A stretch of DNA of 64,000 bases from positions 22,205 to 86,204 of the forward strand of contig CALVFI010000007.1 of the NCBI GenBank assembly GCA_944326815.1. Reading direction: 5' to 3'. This document shows, piece after piece, positions 1-8,630 of this stretch (its first letter is position 1; each line of letters begins with the position of its first letter). This DNA comes from an uncultured Rikenellaceae bacterium (GTDB lineage Bacteria; Bacteroidota; Bacteroidia; Bacteroidales; Rikenellaceae). A model generated the notes under the pieces. It made no database searches. It was given only the letters and a program-made list of their open reading frames with translations, and was not told the DNA's origin. The position numbers and the translations under genes are program-made.

Positions 1-524
1 GTCATGGACACATTTTCCCCCGCAACGCCATAAGCTAGAACCAGATCGGGAGCCAAACCGGCCAACATCTCATAATTCATATTGGCATCGTATCCCACAT
101 CCTTCACTTCTCCGCGCGCATAACGGGCTCGAATCGTATCATTGGAGACATACTGTGCTCCAGACACCCCCACAACAGCATCCGCCGCTGCAATAACATC
201 TAAAAATGCAATATAAGAGGAGGAGAGGCAAACCACCCTATTCAGAGGCAATTGCACCGTCGTACCGGAAAATCCGGCGGGAGGAGCTTCACCGTCTCGA
301 GCCAGAAAAAGCTCCCGTTCCACCCCTGCTGCTCCCTGCCAGGGATTGAAAATCTTCAAAAGGGAACTTTTACCCACTCCCAAAATTTCAAAACATTCAG
401 CATATTGCGGCACATAAAGCGTATCCTGCAGCTCCGAAACCCTCTTCCGTCCCTGTGAACCACATGAAACCGCCGACAGCAACAACAGAAATATCCCTAT
501 AACCAAAATCGACCTCTTCTTCAT
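1..524 (-). CDS. ABC-transporter substrate-binding lipoprotein, iron-siderophore/cobalamin (BtuF/FecB) type; 5' part only, C-terminus runs off the window
   Basis: Not in the ORF track because it is truncated. My minus-strand translation from ATG 524-522 gives MKKRSILVIGIFLLLLSAVSCGSQGRKR...RVVCLSSSYIAFLDVIAAADAVVGVSGAQYVSN...LAPDLVLAYG. It has a lipobox (LSAVSC) and a motif pattern typical of periplasmic binding proteins of this class. Confidence 0.6.
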   Translation of the reverse strand, partial: MKKRSILVIGIFLLLLSAVSCGSQGRKRVSELQDTLYVPQYAECFEILGVGKSSLLKIFNPWQGAAGVERELFLARDGEAPPAGFSGTTVQLPLNRVVCLSSSYIAFLDVIAAADAVVGVSGAQYVSNDTIRARYARGEVKDVGYDANMNYEMLAGLAPDLVLAYGVAGENVSM

Positions 525-838
525 CTCCCTTGTTTATCGTATATCAGATAATCTACGGCCAGCACCACCAACAGCAGGAAATAGGAGATCCCCCCACCCA
601 ACAATGCCGTGATAATAATTAACAAAGTTGCAACGGCCAACCCCACACAGACCTTCGCACGACCTGACGCCGAACGGAACCTCCTGACACAGGAGAGCAC
701 GCCACGCATACCTGCCATCAGATAGAAAGCCATGACCACCAGCGAGAAGACAAATCCGAATCGCGGATACTCCCGACTCACCAAAGCCCCGAGAATGATC
801 GCCCCAATCACAACCAATATAAAATCCTTCCTACGCAT
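521..838 (-). CDS. small hydrophobic membrane protein (105 aa), unknown function
   Basis: The ORF track gives 521..970. I prefer the internal ATG at 838 (MRRKDFILVVIGAIILGALV...), which gives about three hydrophobic helices. Its stop overlaps the next gene's start (ATGA at 521-524), suggesting translational coupling. Confidence 0.4.
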   Translation of the reverse strand: MRRKDFILVVIGAIILGALVSREYPRFGFVFSLVVMAFYLMAGMRGVLSCVRRFRSASGRAKVCVGLAVATLLIIITALLGGGISYFLLLVVLAVDYLIYDKQGR

Positions 839-958
839 ATTTACGGCCGTTTTCCGCCCCACAAATGTACAAAAAGTGGCGTTGGTGACAAATTCCGGAA
901 ATCTTTTTTTAGCTTTGCGAGGAATATGTGTGTACGAAACGTTTAAATAGATCAGAAC

Positions 959-2170
959 ATGATTCTTCACCTTTCTGAGAAGGGATTCTCTCTACCACCC
1001 TCTCCCATCCGGAAACTCGTTCCCTATGCCGAGGCAGCCAAGGCTCGCGGGATCAAAGTATATCACCTCAATATCGGCCAACCCGACATCGCCACCCCGC
1101 GCGAAGCGGTCGAGGCGGTAAAAAACATCGGCGACCGTGTCTTCGAATACAGCCATTCGGCAGGCAACGAAAGTTTACGCCGCAAGATGGTCCAATATTA
1201 CGCCAGTGTGGGCATCCATATCAACCTCGAGGACCTGCTGATGACCGTAGGAGGCTCAGAGGCGATCTTCATGGCGATGACCGTCTGCATGAATCCCGGC
1301 GACGAAGTACTGGTCCCGGAGCCCTATTACGCCAACTACAACGGCTTTGCCATGGAGGCCGGCGTCAACATCAAGCCCATTTTTTCCACCATCGACAACG
1401 ACTTCGCCCTGCCGGCGATGAAAGAGTTCGAACGCCACATCACGCCCCGCACCAAAGCGATCCTAATCTGCAATCCGAACAATCCCACCGGATATCTATA
1501 CAGCCGGGCAGAGTTGGAACTGCTGCGCGACATCGTACAGCGACACAATCTGTTCCTCATGTGCGACGAGGTCTACCGGGAATTCTGCTACGACGGGCAT
1601 AAACACATCTCAGTCATGAACCTCGAAGGGATCGAGCAGAATGTAGTCATGATCGACTCCATGTCGAAACGTTACAGCATGTGCGGCATCCGGCTCGGGG
1701 CCCTCGTGTCACGTAATAAAGACGTAATCACCGCGGCTCTCAACATGGCACAGGCCCGTCTGTCGCCGCCCTATCTGGCACAAGTGGCTGCCGAAGCGGC
1801 TCTGGACGCGCCCCGCAGCTATTTCGAAAACGTATACAACGAATATATTGCTCGGAGGAACTGCATCGTAGAGGCTCTAAACAAAATCGAAGGAGTCTAT
1901 TGTCCCATGCCGAAAGGAGCTTTCTATGCAACCGTAAAACTCCCGATCGACGACAGCGACCGCTTTGCCCAATGGCTTTTGGAGGACTTCTCGTACAAGG
2001 GTCAGACCGTCATGCTGGCTCCCGCCACAGGATTCTACGCCACGATGAGTCTCGGCCATGACCAGGTGCGGATCGCCTACGTATTGAAACAGGAAGACCT
2101 GCTTGCCGCAGCCAAATGTCTGGAAGAGGCCTTGAAGGTCTATCCCGGCCGAACCTATCCGGAGGATTAA
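959..2170 (+). CDS. pyridoxal-phosphate-dependent aminotransferase, class I/II (aspartate aminotransferase-like)
   Basis: 403-aa ORF with LNIGQPDIATP, CNPNNPTG and the PLP-lysine motif SMSKRYSMCGIRLG. Confidence 0.85.
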   Translation: MILHLSEKGFSLPPSPIRKLVPYAEAAKARGIKVYHLNIGQPDIATPREAVEAVKNIGDRVFEYSHSAGNESLRRKMVQYYASVGIHINLEDLLMTVGGSEAIFMAMTVCMNPGDEVLVPEPYYANYNGFAMEAGVNIKPIFSTIDNDFALPAMKEFERHITPRTKAILICNPNNPTGYLYSRAELELLRDIVQRHNLFLMCDEVYREFCYDGHKHISVMNLEGIEQNVVMIDSMSKRYSMCGIRLGALVSRNKDVITAALNMAQARLSPPYLAQVAAEAALDAPRSYFENVYNEYIARRNCIVEALNKIEGVYCPMPKGAFYATVKLPIDDSDRFAQWLLEDFSYKGQTVMLAPATGFYATMSLGHDQVRIAYVLKQEDLLAAAKCLEEALKVYPGRTYPED

Positions 2171-2205
2171 TCTCAAACCGGGGACAACTTTTTTAAGCGG
2201 AACTT

Positions 2206-2236
2206 TTTGCAAGTTGAATAAAAAGCTCTATATTTG
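2206..2236 (+). promoter_or_regulatory. Bacteroides-type sigma-A promoter for tRNA-Pro (-33 TTTG / -7 TAnnTTTG)
   Basis: TTTG at 2206-2209 is followed after 19 nt by TATATTTG at 2229-2236. The -7 box ends 17 nt before the tRNA 5' end. Confidence 0.45.
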
Positions 2237-2253
2237 CATCCGCTAAACACACA

Positions 2254-2328
2254 CGGGGTGTAGCTCAGCCCGGTTAGAGTACACGTCTGGGGGGCGCGTG
2301 GTCGCTGGTTCGAATCCAGTCACCCCGA
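2254..2328 (+). tRNA. tRNA-Pro (anticodon GGG in the canonical register)
   Basis: Hand-folded cloverleaf. Acceptor CGGGGTG pairs with CACCCCG, the D arm is GCTC/GAGT, the T arm is GCTGG-TTCGAAT-CCAGT and the variable loop is 5 nt. The anticodon loop is C-T-GGG-G-G with G37, typical of Pro tRNAs. The anticodon stem has one A28-C42 mismatch. CCA is not encoded directly after base 73. Confidence 0.8.
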
Positions 2329-2337
2329 CACCAAGGA

Positions 2338-2376
2338 AGCCTTGATAATCAAACGATTATTAAGGCTTTTCTTTTT
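2338..2376 (+). terminator. rho-independent terminator after tRNA-Pro
   Basis: 13-bp stem (AGCCTTGATAATC / GATTATTAAGGCT, one G-T pair), AAAC loop, then TTTCTTTTT. Confidence 0.55.
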
Positions 2377-2489
2377 GTCTGACGTATTTCAAGTGGAACA
2401 GGAAATCAACTAACAATTAAATACATAAAAGTCTCAAGCTACTGACCCTTAAATTGAGATTTTAAATTCTCAGACAAAGACAAACTCAT

Positions 2490-3023
2490 CTACAAATCTT
2501 CTCCATCAGCCTGATTATCTAAATTATCATAGTACATAGCAATATAATACTCTCCTGCATAATCAGCAATTATATACCATACAATACCGTGAATTGTCGG
2601 ATCTTTAGGGATAAACGACACATCATAACGTTTGGAATTTACAGCTATCTCATAAGCTACTTTTTCCTCATCAGATAAAGTCTCACCATCCAATAAATCA
2701 TATTTCCCATTTTTCAGAAACTGATGAAACAACTGATTAAAACGAACTTTAATTTCAGTTTCATTAAGGGTAGTTACATCTGACACAAAAATTCGATAAA
2801 CTTTATTATTATTGGTTACCACAGATATATAAACATCTTTCCCATTAAATTCTCCTTTCAAAATATCTATATCCGAATCATAGACAAAACCTTTCTTCTT
2901 TAATTCTGATATCATATTCGTTTTTGTCCCGTCAATGGGAATCCCTAAAAATTTTATCGGATTTTGAGCAAATGAAAAATAGCCGATAAAAAAAGTGATC
3001 AAACATATTGTCCATTTTTTCAT
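2490..3023 (-). CDS. hypothetical secreted protein (177 aa), no recognised domain
   Basis: Signal peptide MKKWTICLITFFIGYFSFA|QN. The gene is very AT-rich (16/60 G+C counted at 2701-2760), unlike the backbone. Confidence 0.6.
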   Translation of the reverse strand: MKKWTICLITFFIGYFSFAQNPIKFLGIPIDGTKTNMISELKKKGFVYDSDIDILKGEFNGKDVYISVVTNNNKVYRIFVSDVTTLNETEIKVRFNQLFHQFLKNGKYDLLDGETLSDEEKVAYEIAVNSKRYDVSFIPKDPTIHGIVWYIIADYAGEYYIAMYYDNLDNQADGEDL

Positions 3024-3499
3024 AGCATAGGGATTTAAGTTTGTTAATATTTATTATCAAGCTGTTATACAATATTAGTTATTTTTTTCTGAAGCACAAA
3101 CAATATTCAACACTATTTCATGCATATACCATCATTTCTACTCCACTTTCAGAAATTCTCCGTAAAATCTACTAATACCCAACAACTACAACAACAATTT
3201 TACTCCGAAATTTCAATCATAAAAGATTATGTAAAAAGTGACGCATTCCTGGGGTACAGATAATACAAATCTTACCCTATAGATGCATTTCTCTTCGAAC
3301 AAAGTCGATCTTCTCATTCCCAAAACAAGAAGAAATCATACAGACCAAAGTACTCCATTGCGCAAAAACAAGTCTACCAAACACTTAAAAACACCGGACT
3401 GTTTTCTGATTAATTCTATATAGCAAAATAAAGAAACAAATGACATAAATCGTAATAGTATTTGATAATTCCGGTATAATTTAAATGAGCCGTCCAATC

Positions 3500-3507
3500 T
3501 ATTTTTG
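3500..3507 (+). promoter_or_regulatory. -7 promoter box (TATTTTTG) for the fimbrillin-like gene pair
   Basis: Matches TAnnTTTG, 42 nt upstream of ATG 3550. Confidence 0.35.
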
Positions 3508-3549
3508 TTATACCGCAAAACGGGCAGATACTCACTAACCAATAATATT

Positions 3550-4278
3550 ATGAAACAAATTTTTCTCATTTGTGCGACAGCGGCACTTCTGGCCGCTACC
3601 TCCTGCTCAAAACAGGACGGAAGCCAGACGGATAGAGCCGTTCGTTTCCGTATCGTAGGAATCGGCGAGCAAAGCAAAGCGGCTACTAACTATGTCGCCA
3701 CCGACTACTTCACCCTCTCCAACCTGGGGAAGGCCTCTGTAGAATTGAAAAGCAAAACGACCACTTATGTTTATGCAAATGATATTCTACAAGGTGAGAC
3801 ACCCGAAGACTGTCATTACTTCCCTGTCGATAACAGCGCATTGGCAAGCATCAAGGTTCGTTGGCCCGACGATGCCGCACGTAGCACACAAGGGACATCC
3901 ATTGCTAAAGATCAAAGCTCAAAAGAGGTTTTTCTGGCGGCAGACTGGCTCTCAGCAACCTTACAAAACGTCACTCCGGCTCAAACCATTGCCCTCACCT
4001 TGAGCCACGAACGTGCAAAGGTTACTTTCACGCTCGTCGGAGCCAACGCAGACAAGAAAATCACGGCCCTCTCCATCGGAGGCTACACGGCGTTCTGTGA
4101 CGAAGAGGCATCTGTCAAAGACGCCCAGCTCATTCTCACACCCGGGAGCACGGACATCAAGGCGAACGCCATCGGTGCTCTCTCCCTGGAGGGAGAAAGC
4201 ACCCAGCACAGTTTCGTAATCAGCACGATGCCTACCCTCGTAGCCGGCGAAAATCACACCATTGAAATCAACCTCTAA
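3550..4278 (+). CDS. fimbrillin-family (Mfa-like, type V pilin fold) lipoprotein, 242 aa
   Basis: The ORF track gives 3505..4278. I prefer ATG 3550 (MKQIFLICATAALLAATSCSKQDG, with a lipobox). Family-like pattern: AKDQSSKEVFLAADWLSA followed by LTLSHERAKVTFTL. Confidence 0.55.
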   Translation: MKQIFLICATAALLAATSCSKQDGSQTDRAVRFRIVGIGEQSKAATNYVATDYFTLSNLGKASVELKSKTTTYVYANDILQGETPEDCHYFPVDNSALASIKVRWPDDAARSTQGTSIAKDQSSKEVFLAADWLSATLQNVTPAQTIALTLSHERAKVTFTLVGANADKKITALSIGGYTAFCDEEASVKDAQLILTPGSTDIKANAIGALSLEGESTQHSFVISTMPTLVAGENHTIEINL

Positions 4279-4295
4279 ACCGAACATAGATAACC

Positions 4296-6572
4296 ATGAA
4301 AAAACAGATATTCCATCTTTTTCTGGGCTTACTACCGGCATTTGCCATCCTTACAGGATGCTCCGAAGATAAAACCAAAGGAAGCTCCATCGGTCCAACC
4401 AATATGGAAAGCGTATCCATTCTGCCCAATATGGCCGAAGTGTCCAAGGCCACGACCAGTAATGCCGTCAATGCCGATGACCCTACCATGAGTTCGGCAG
4501 AGACCCGTTCGACACACGTAATGACTGTGGCTCTCGGCAGCGGGAGCGACGCCATGCAAGCCACCTATATTTATAATGGAGGCAAATGGATTCCAGAAAA
4601 CCAACCCGTCACCTTCCCCGATAACAAACGCCAACCGATCGAAATCAACCTCAAGAAGAGCGGCACAATCACCCAGGATGGAAGCGCTCAAGGCTTGATC
4701 GATGCCGATGAACTCACCTGGTCGCGCAGCAATCAGGTACCTATTCGCGACCTGGCCAACGTGCCGATGACACACGTCAAAACCATGGTCGAGTTCGAAT
4801 TGGGTACGTTGCAAGCCACAGAAGTCTCAATAGGCTCAATCAAAGCATACCATGTTGAAAATGGCAACAAATGGCAGGCAATCATCGAACCGCAAACCGA
4901 AAGTTTTACGGTCAGCGTTACGGTAAATGGCAGTGTATCCACGGCCGAAGTAAAAGAAAGCGACTCGCCCACTGATGGAGTATTCAAAGCCAATTATCGT
5001 TACACCGTCCCCTTGGTACTGAACGGCACAGAGTTGAAACTCGGAACGATCGGCGTAGGCAGTTGGATAGAAGGAGCCGGAGGTACAGCAGAAGGTGTCA
5101 CCCCAACCAGATACACTTTAACAGGTTTGGAAAATCAGGAAATTGAAATCTATTTGGCAGGTAATGCTACCCCCACAACCGTAACGCTCGACCAAAACGG
5201 TTCCACGTCCCAACCTACGGGAGCTCCGGTCGGCATCGTGGAAAAGATTGTCTACAACGGCAACGAGTACCTTATCGGACGTGAAGAGAGCGGAGAAATC
5301 AAACTGAAGATTGTCGGCGGTGCTGTGGTGCTTCGCGATGCTGATGCCGACGGGTTCATCCCGGTTAATACTTTGGCAGAGTTGAGACTGATCGACACGG
5401 ACGACGCAAGTCGCGGCAACAAATACCTCCAGGAGAGCAACATCGACCTGATGAATCTCGAATGGACCCCCATCTCCAAAATGAACGGCACGTATGATGG
5501 AGGCAACTATTCACTCAGCAATCTCAACGTCTCTCTCGGCAAGGGCAATGCAGGTCTCTTTGCTGAAAACGCAGGAACGATCAAGAACGTAGTGATCGAG
5601 TCGGCCAGCGCACTGAACGGCGAATGGCATGCAGGATTCATCTGCGGAGAAAATAAAGGGACAATCGAAAGTTGTGTCAACAATGCTTCGATCACCGACG
5701 GCGGAGTCAATACACTGGGTGGTATCTGCGGATACAACAATAGTGGTATAATCAAGAATTGCAAAAATACCGGAACGCTCGTCATCGAGAATCGCGTACC
5801 GAGCGATGCAACCGGCGGTATCTGCGGCTACGGCAGCAAAGGCGAGATCATCGGCTGTATCAATACCGGAAAGATCGACGGCAAACCGAAGAATACCGGT
5901 GGTATCATCGGATCGGCAGACCAGGTATCCATCGCAGACTGTGCCAATATCGGCGAATTGATTCTGCCATGGGGCGCTGGCGACAACAACGGCGGCATCT
6001 GCGGAAAGACCAGCGGCGCAATGACCATCACCCGTTGTTACAACACCGGAACGGTCATCGTAGATGGCTCGCAAGCCGGCGGTATCTGCGGTCAGTTGAG
6101 CGGTGAAGGCATAATCACGGCTTGCTACAACGCAGGGAAAGTCGGTGCCAAATGGAACTCCGGAGGAATTGCCGGACAAAGCACAGACGCCCAAATCATA
6201 GCCTGCTACAATACCGGACTTGTCGAAGGCCAAACGAACGGTTGGGTAGGTGCCGGCGGTATCTGCGGCTACCACAAAGGGACCATCACGGCCTGCTACA
6301 ATACCGGCGATGTTATAGGTGACAGCGCTATCGGAGCTATCACCGGCGAGCACAACTCCGGCAATGTATCCTACTGCTTCTGGAGCAACGACATCGACGG
6401 CATCAACCCGAACGACGGCGGCACTTCAACCGGCAACGCCAAATTCGGAGGCAGCAACTGGCCATCGTCGTCACTCGACGCAGCATGGCAAACTACGGCT
6501 GAGAACCCCGATGCTTATTGGAAAACACTCGGCAGTTCAGGCGGAAGCTACCCCGTATTGGCCTGGGAATAA
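4296..6572 (+). CDS. surface lipoprotein: N-terminal fimbrillin-family region fused to a GLUG-type repeat (beta-helix) domain, 758 aa
   Basis: Lipobox ILTGC (Cys22). Residues about 23-330 carry ITQDGSAQGLIDADELTWS and MTHVKTMVEFEL. Residues about 405-690 hold 10 degenerate units of the form G-G-I-C/I/A-G...G-x-I-x-x-C-x-N-x-G. Confidence 0.7.
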   Translation: MKKQIFHLFLGLLPAFAILTGCSEDKTKGSSIGPTNMESVSILPNMAEVSKATTSNAVNADDPTMSSAETRSTHVMTVALGSGSDAMQATYIYNGGKWIPENQPVTFPDNKRQPIEINLKKSGTITQDGSAQGLIDADELTWSRSNQVPIRDLANVPMTHVKTMVEFELGTLQATEVSIGSIKAYHVENGNKWQAIIEPQTESFTVSVTVNGSVSTAEVKESDSPTDGVFKANYRYTVPLVLNGTELKLGTIGVGSWIEGAGGTAEGVTPTRYTLTGLENQEIEIYLAGNATPTTVTLDQNGSTSQPTGAPVGIVEKIVYNGNEYLIGREESGEIKLKIVGGAVVLRDADADGFIPVNTLAELRLIDTDDASRGNKYLQESNIDLMNLEWTPISKMNGTYDGGNYSLSNLNVSLGKGNAGLFAENAGTIKNVVIESASALNGEWHAGFICGENKGTIESCVNNASITDGGVNTLGGICGYNNSGIIKNCKNTGTLVIENRVPSDATGGICGYGSKGEIIGCINTGKIDGKPKNTGGIIGSADQVSIADCANIGELILPWGAGDNNGGICGKTSGAMTITRCYNTGTVIVDGSQAGGICGQLSGEGIITACYNAGKVGAKWNSGGIAGQSTDAQIIACYNTGLVEGQTNGWVGAGGICGYHKGTITACYNTGDVIGDSAIGAITGEHNSGNVSYCFWSNDIDGINPNDGGTSTGNAKFGGSNWPSSSLDAAWQTTAENPDAYWKTLGSSGGSYPVLAWE
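5508..6366 (+). repeat. coding tandem degenerate repeats (10 GLUG-type units) with conserved nucleotide cores
   Basis: The GGCGGTATCTGCGG core or a one-base variant starts at 5718, 5814, 5991, 6078 and 6255. The 17-mer GCCTGCTACAATACCGG occurs exactly at 6201-6217 and 6291-6307. Confidence 0.8.
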
Positions 6573-6581
6573 ATACAACAA

Positions 6582-6616
6582 GGGAGAAAGGGCGGAAAAG
6601 GCCTTTTCTCCCTTTT
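6582..6616 (+). terminator. rho-independent terminator after the fimbrillin-GLUG gene
   Basis: GGGAGAAAGG pairs with CCTTTTCTCCC (one bulged T) and is followed by TTTT. Confidence 0.5.
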
Positions 6617-6637
6617 CCCAATTCATTTAATTCTCGC

Positions 6638-6645
6638 TATATTTG
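6638..6645 (+). promoter_or_regulatory. -7 promoter box (TATATTTG) for the GH5-like gene
   Basis: Matches TAnnTTTG, 39 nt upstream of ATG 6685. Confidence 0.4.
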
Positions 6646-6684
6646 TTCTAAAGCAGAGCTGCAATAATTAAAAAAAGCATATTT

Positions 6685-8493
6685 ATGACTTGTCCCAAAT
6701 TTCTTTCTATTGTTATCTCACTATTAGCTTTCGTATGTTGCTCCAGTTCCGAACCGGATTCCAAAAAGCCTGGCCCCGGAACGGATCCAGAACCTAATCC
6801 ACCAACCCCCACCACAGGCGAATTCGTATATATGCAGAACGGCAAGTTATACTCTCCTCAAGGCGAAGAGCTTGCACTGTGGGGTGTAAACCTGCAACCA
6901 TGCATCAGTTGGGAGTACAATGACCGCCTCAAAAAACGAGGCATCCAACAAACCGCTTCTGCCCTGAAGCAAGTTGCCGAAAACAACCTGGACGAAGTGA
7001 AACGGCTGGGAGTAAGCGTAATCCGCTGCCACCTGACTCCGGGCGACTTTACGGATAGCGAAGGCAATCTAGTGGAAAGTTCTCCCTACCTCGACGTACT
7101 CGACTATATGATCACAGGAGCCGCCGAACGGGAAATCTACATGACTTTCGCATTCATCAACGACATGGGGAGCCGCTATATCAGCAACTCGATGTGGAGC
7201 ACCCTCGACCGCGAAGAGTGGATACACAACCAAGAGGCTGTCGAGAAATCGAAAAACTACATCACCCAACTACTCAAACATACCAATAAGTACAACGGGG
7301 TCAAATATGCCGATGAGCCATGGATCGCCACCTGGGAGTTAATCAACGAACCGGCCGTATACAGCTACTCGGACATCAAATCCCACTCGACCTATTACGA
7401 GATTTTCAAAACCTGGGCCAAAGCCAACGGGCAGCAAGACAACTCTGCAGCCTATGAGGCTTATCGCCAGAATCTTATAAAAGATTATATCGACGGTATG
7501 TACCTGACCGTACGCGACGCCGGAGCTCAACAGCCTATCATCTGGAGCCACAACTGGCATCGCTACCGCAATGGCAACCTCGACGTTTTCAAAGGAGCCC
7601 TCGCATCGAAAGCCGATGCAGTCTCCTGCTGCAACTACCCGGGACAGGATCTCGTATCGCAGGACTATTGGGCCAATCCAAAAGACCTCACCAGCCAGGA
7701 CTACTCGGGATGGTTCAACCAGTACTTCGATGATGTGAACGGCTACGGATGGCTCACCCTGCCGGATTACAACAGTAAAGCCAAAACAGTCTACGAATTC
7801 GAAACCTTCTTCAATCAAAGTGCTTATCTCTACCCGATTCAGGCACAATATTTCCGTGCGCTGGGTGTACAGATGGCCACCATGTGGACCTATACCATGC
7901 AGGAATATTCGCAATATTTCGCAGGTTCCCACTTCCTGAGCCTCACCTGTACCCCGAAAAAAGCAGCCAGTTTCATGGTCGCTCACGAGATATTCAAGAA
8001 TACTGCTCTCGGGACGACTTACGACCGTTTGGTAAACGAACAGATCGGAACAAATTTCGTCATCTCCAAGAACCACGATCTGAGCATCTTCTCGTCGGCA
8101 GACAAGGCCTACTATTCTGGCGATCTGACCAATTGGTGTCCGATTACCTTGAGCGATGAGGTGAAACATGTGATGGGCGTAGGCAACTCCTCGCTGGTAA
8201 GTTACAGCGGGACGGGAATCTATTTCCTCGATGAAGAGAACGGAGAGTTGTTCGTCACCCTGGAGCCGAATCATAAATGGCTGGGAGAACCGTGGAACAG
8301 TCTCCAAAGCGGGAAAGTCACCTCTCTCGATTACGACACGAAAAACACTTTGAGCATCAACCTCAAGGAGTGGAAGGATGGCTCCTATACTTTATACAAG
8401 ATCGAAAACGACGCACGGACAAAGGTAGAAACTTTGAATGGTTTGCAGAACATTTCTATTGCACCCGGCGACTATGTCATTGTTCGAGAGTAA
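6685..8493 (+). CDS. glycoside hydrolase family 5-like (TIM-barrel) lipoprotein with Pro-rich tether
   Basis: 602 aa. Lipobox region LLAFVCCSSSEPD is followed by KKPGPGTDPEPNPPTPTTG. The ATWELINEP motif (N-E-P acid/base signature of GH5-type enzymes) and a later VYEFETF are present. There is a C-terminal beta-rich extension. Confidence 0.55.
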   Translation: MTCPKFLSIVISLLAFVCCSSSEPDSKKPGPGTDPEPNPPTPTTGEFVYMQNGKLYSPQGEELALWGVNLQPCISWEYNDRLKKRGIQQTASALKQVAENNLDEVKRLGVSVIRCHLTPGDFTDSEGNLVESSPYLDVLDYMITGAAEREIYMTFAFINDMGSRYISNSMWSTLDREEWIHNQEAVEKSKNYITQLLKHTNKYNGVKYADEPWIATWELINEPAVYSYSDIKSHSTYYEIFKTWAKANGQQDNSAAYEAYRQNLIKDYIDGMYLTVRDAGAQQPIIWSHNWHRYRNGNLDVFKGALASKADAVSCCNYPGQDLVSQDYWANPKDLTSQDYSGWFNQYFDDVNGYGWLTLPDYNSKAKTVYEFETFFNQSAYLYPIQAQYFRALGVQMATMWTYTMQEYSQYFAGSHFLSLTCTPKKAASFMVAHEIFKNTALGTTYDRLVNEQIGTNFVISKNHDLSIFSSADKAYYSGDLTNWCPITLSDEVKHVMGVGNSSLVSYSGTGIYFLDEENGELFVTLEPNHKWLGEPWNSLQSGKVTSLDYDTKNTLSINLKEWKDGSYTLYKIENDARTKVETLNGLQNISIAPGDYVIVRE

Positions 8494-8593
8494 TTATACA
8501 CACAAAGGCCGAAAAGAACGTCTCAAAATAAAAATATTTCTCACAAGGCCCTAAAATTGAATAGCTACCACATTATTTTTTCCACTTTTTTAC

Positions 8594-8630
8594 AACTACT
8601 CCCCCTCTAAATTAGGGGGGAGTAGTTTTT
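8594..8630 (+). terminator. rho-independent terminator downstream of the GH5-like gene
   Basis: 12-bp stem AACTACTCCCCC / GGGGGAGTAGTT, 10-nt loop, then a T run. Confidence 0.65.

Noticed and set aside
2282-2300. Alternative fold of the tRNA anticodon arm (perfect CACGT/GCGTG stem with a 9-nt loop), which might suggest a non-canonical or frameshift-suppressor-like tRNA.
   Set aside because: That register leaves only a 3-nt variable loop. The canonical register gives a standard 7-nt loop (CT-GGG-GG), a 5-nt variable loop and one A-C mismatch. tRNAscan-SE or a covariance model would decide. I report it as ordinary tRNA-Pro.
5511-6353. 280-aa minus-strand ORF and Arg-rich plus-strand ORFs (5759-6106, 6122-6322) inside the GLUG repeat region.
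   Set aside because: These are alternative-frame read-outs of a repetitive GGC/GGT/ATC/TGC-rich coding repeat. Their periodicity simply mirrors the GGICG units of the real frame.
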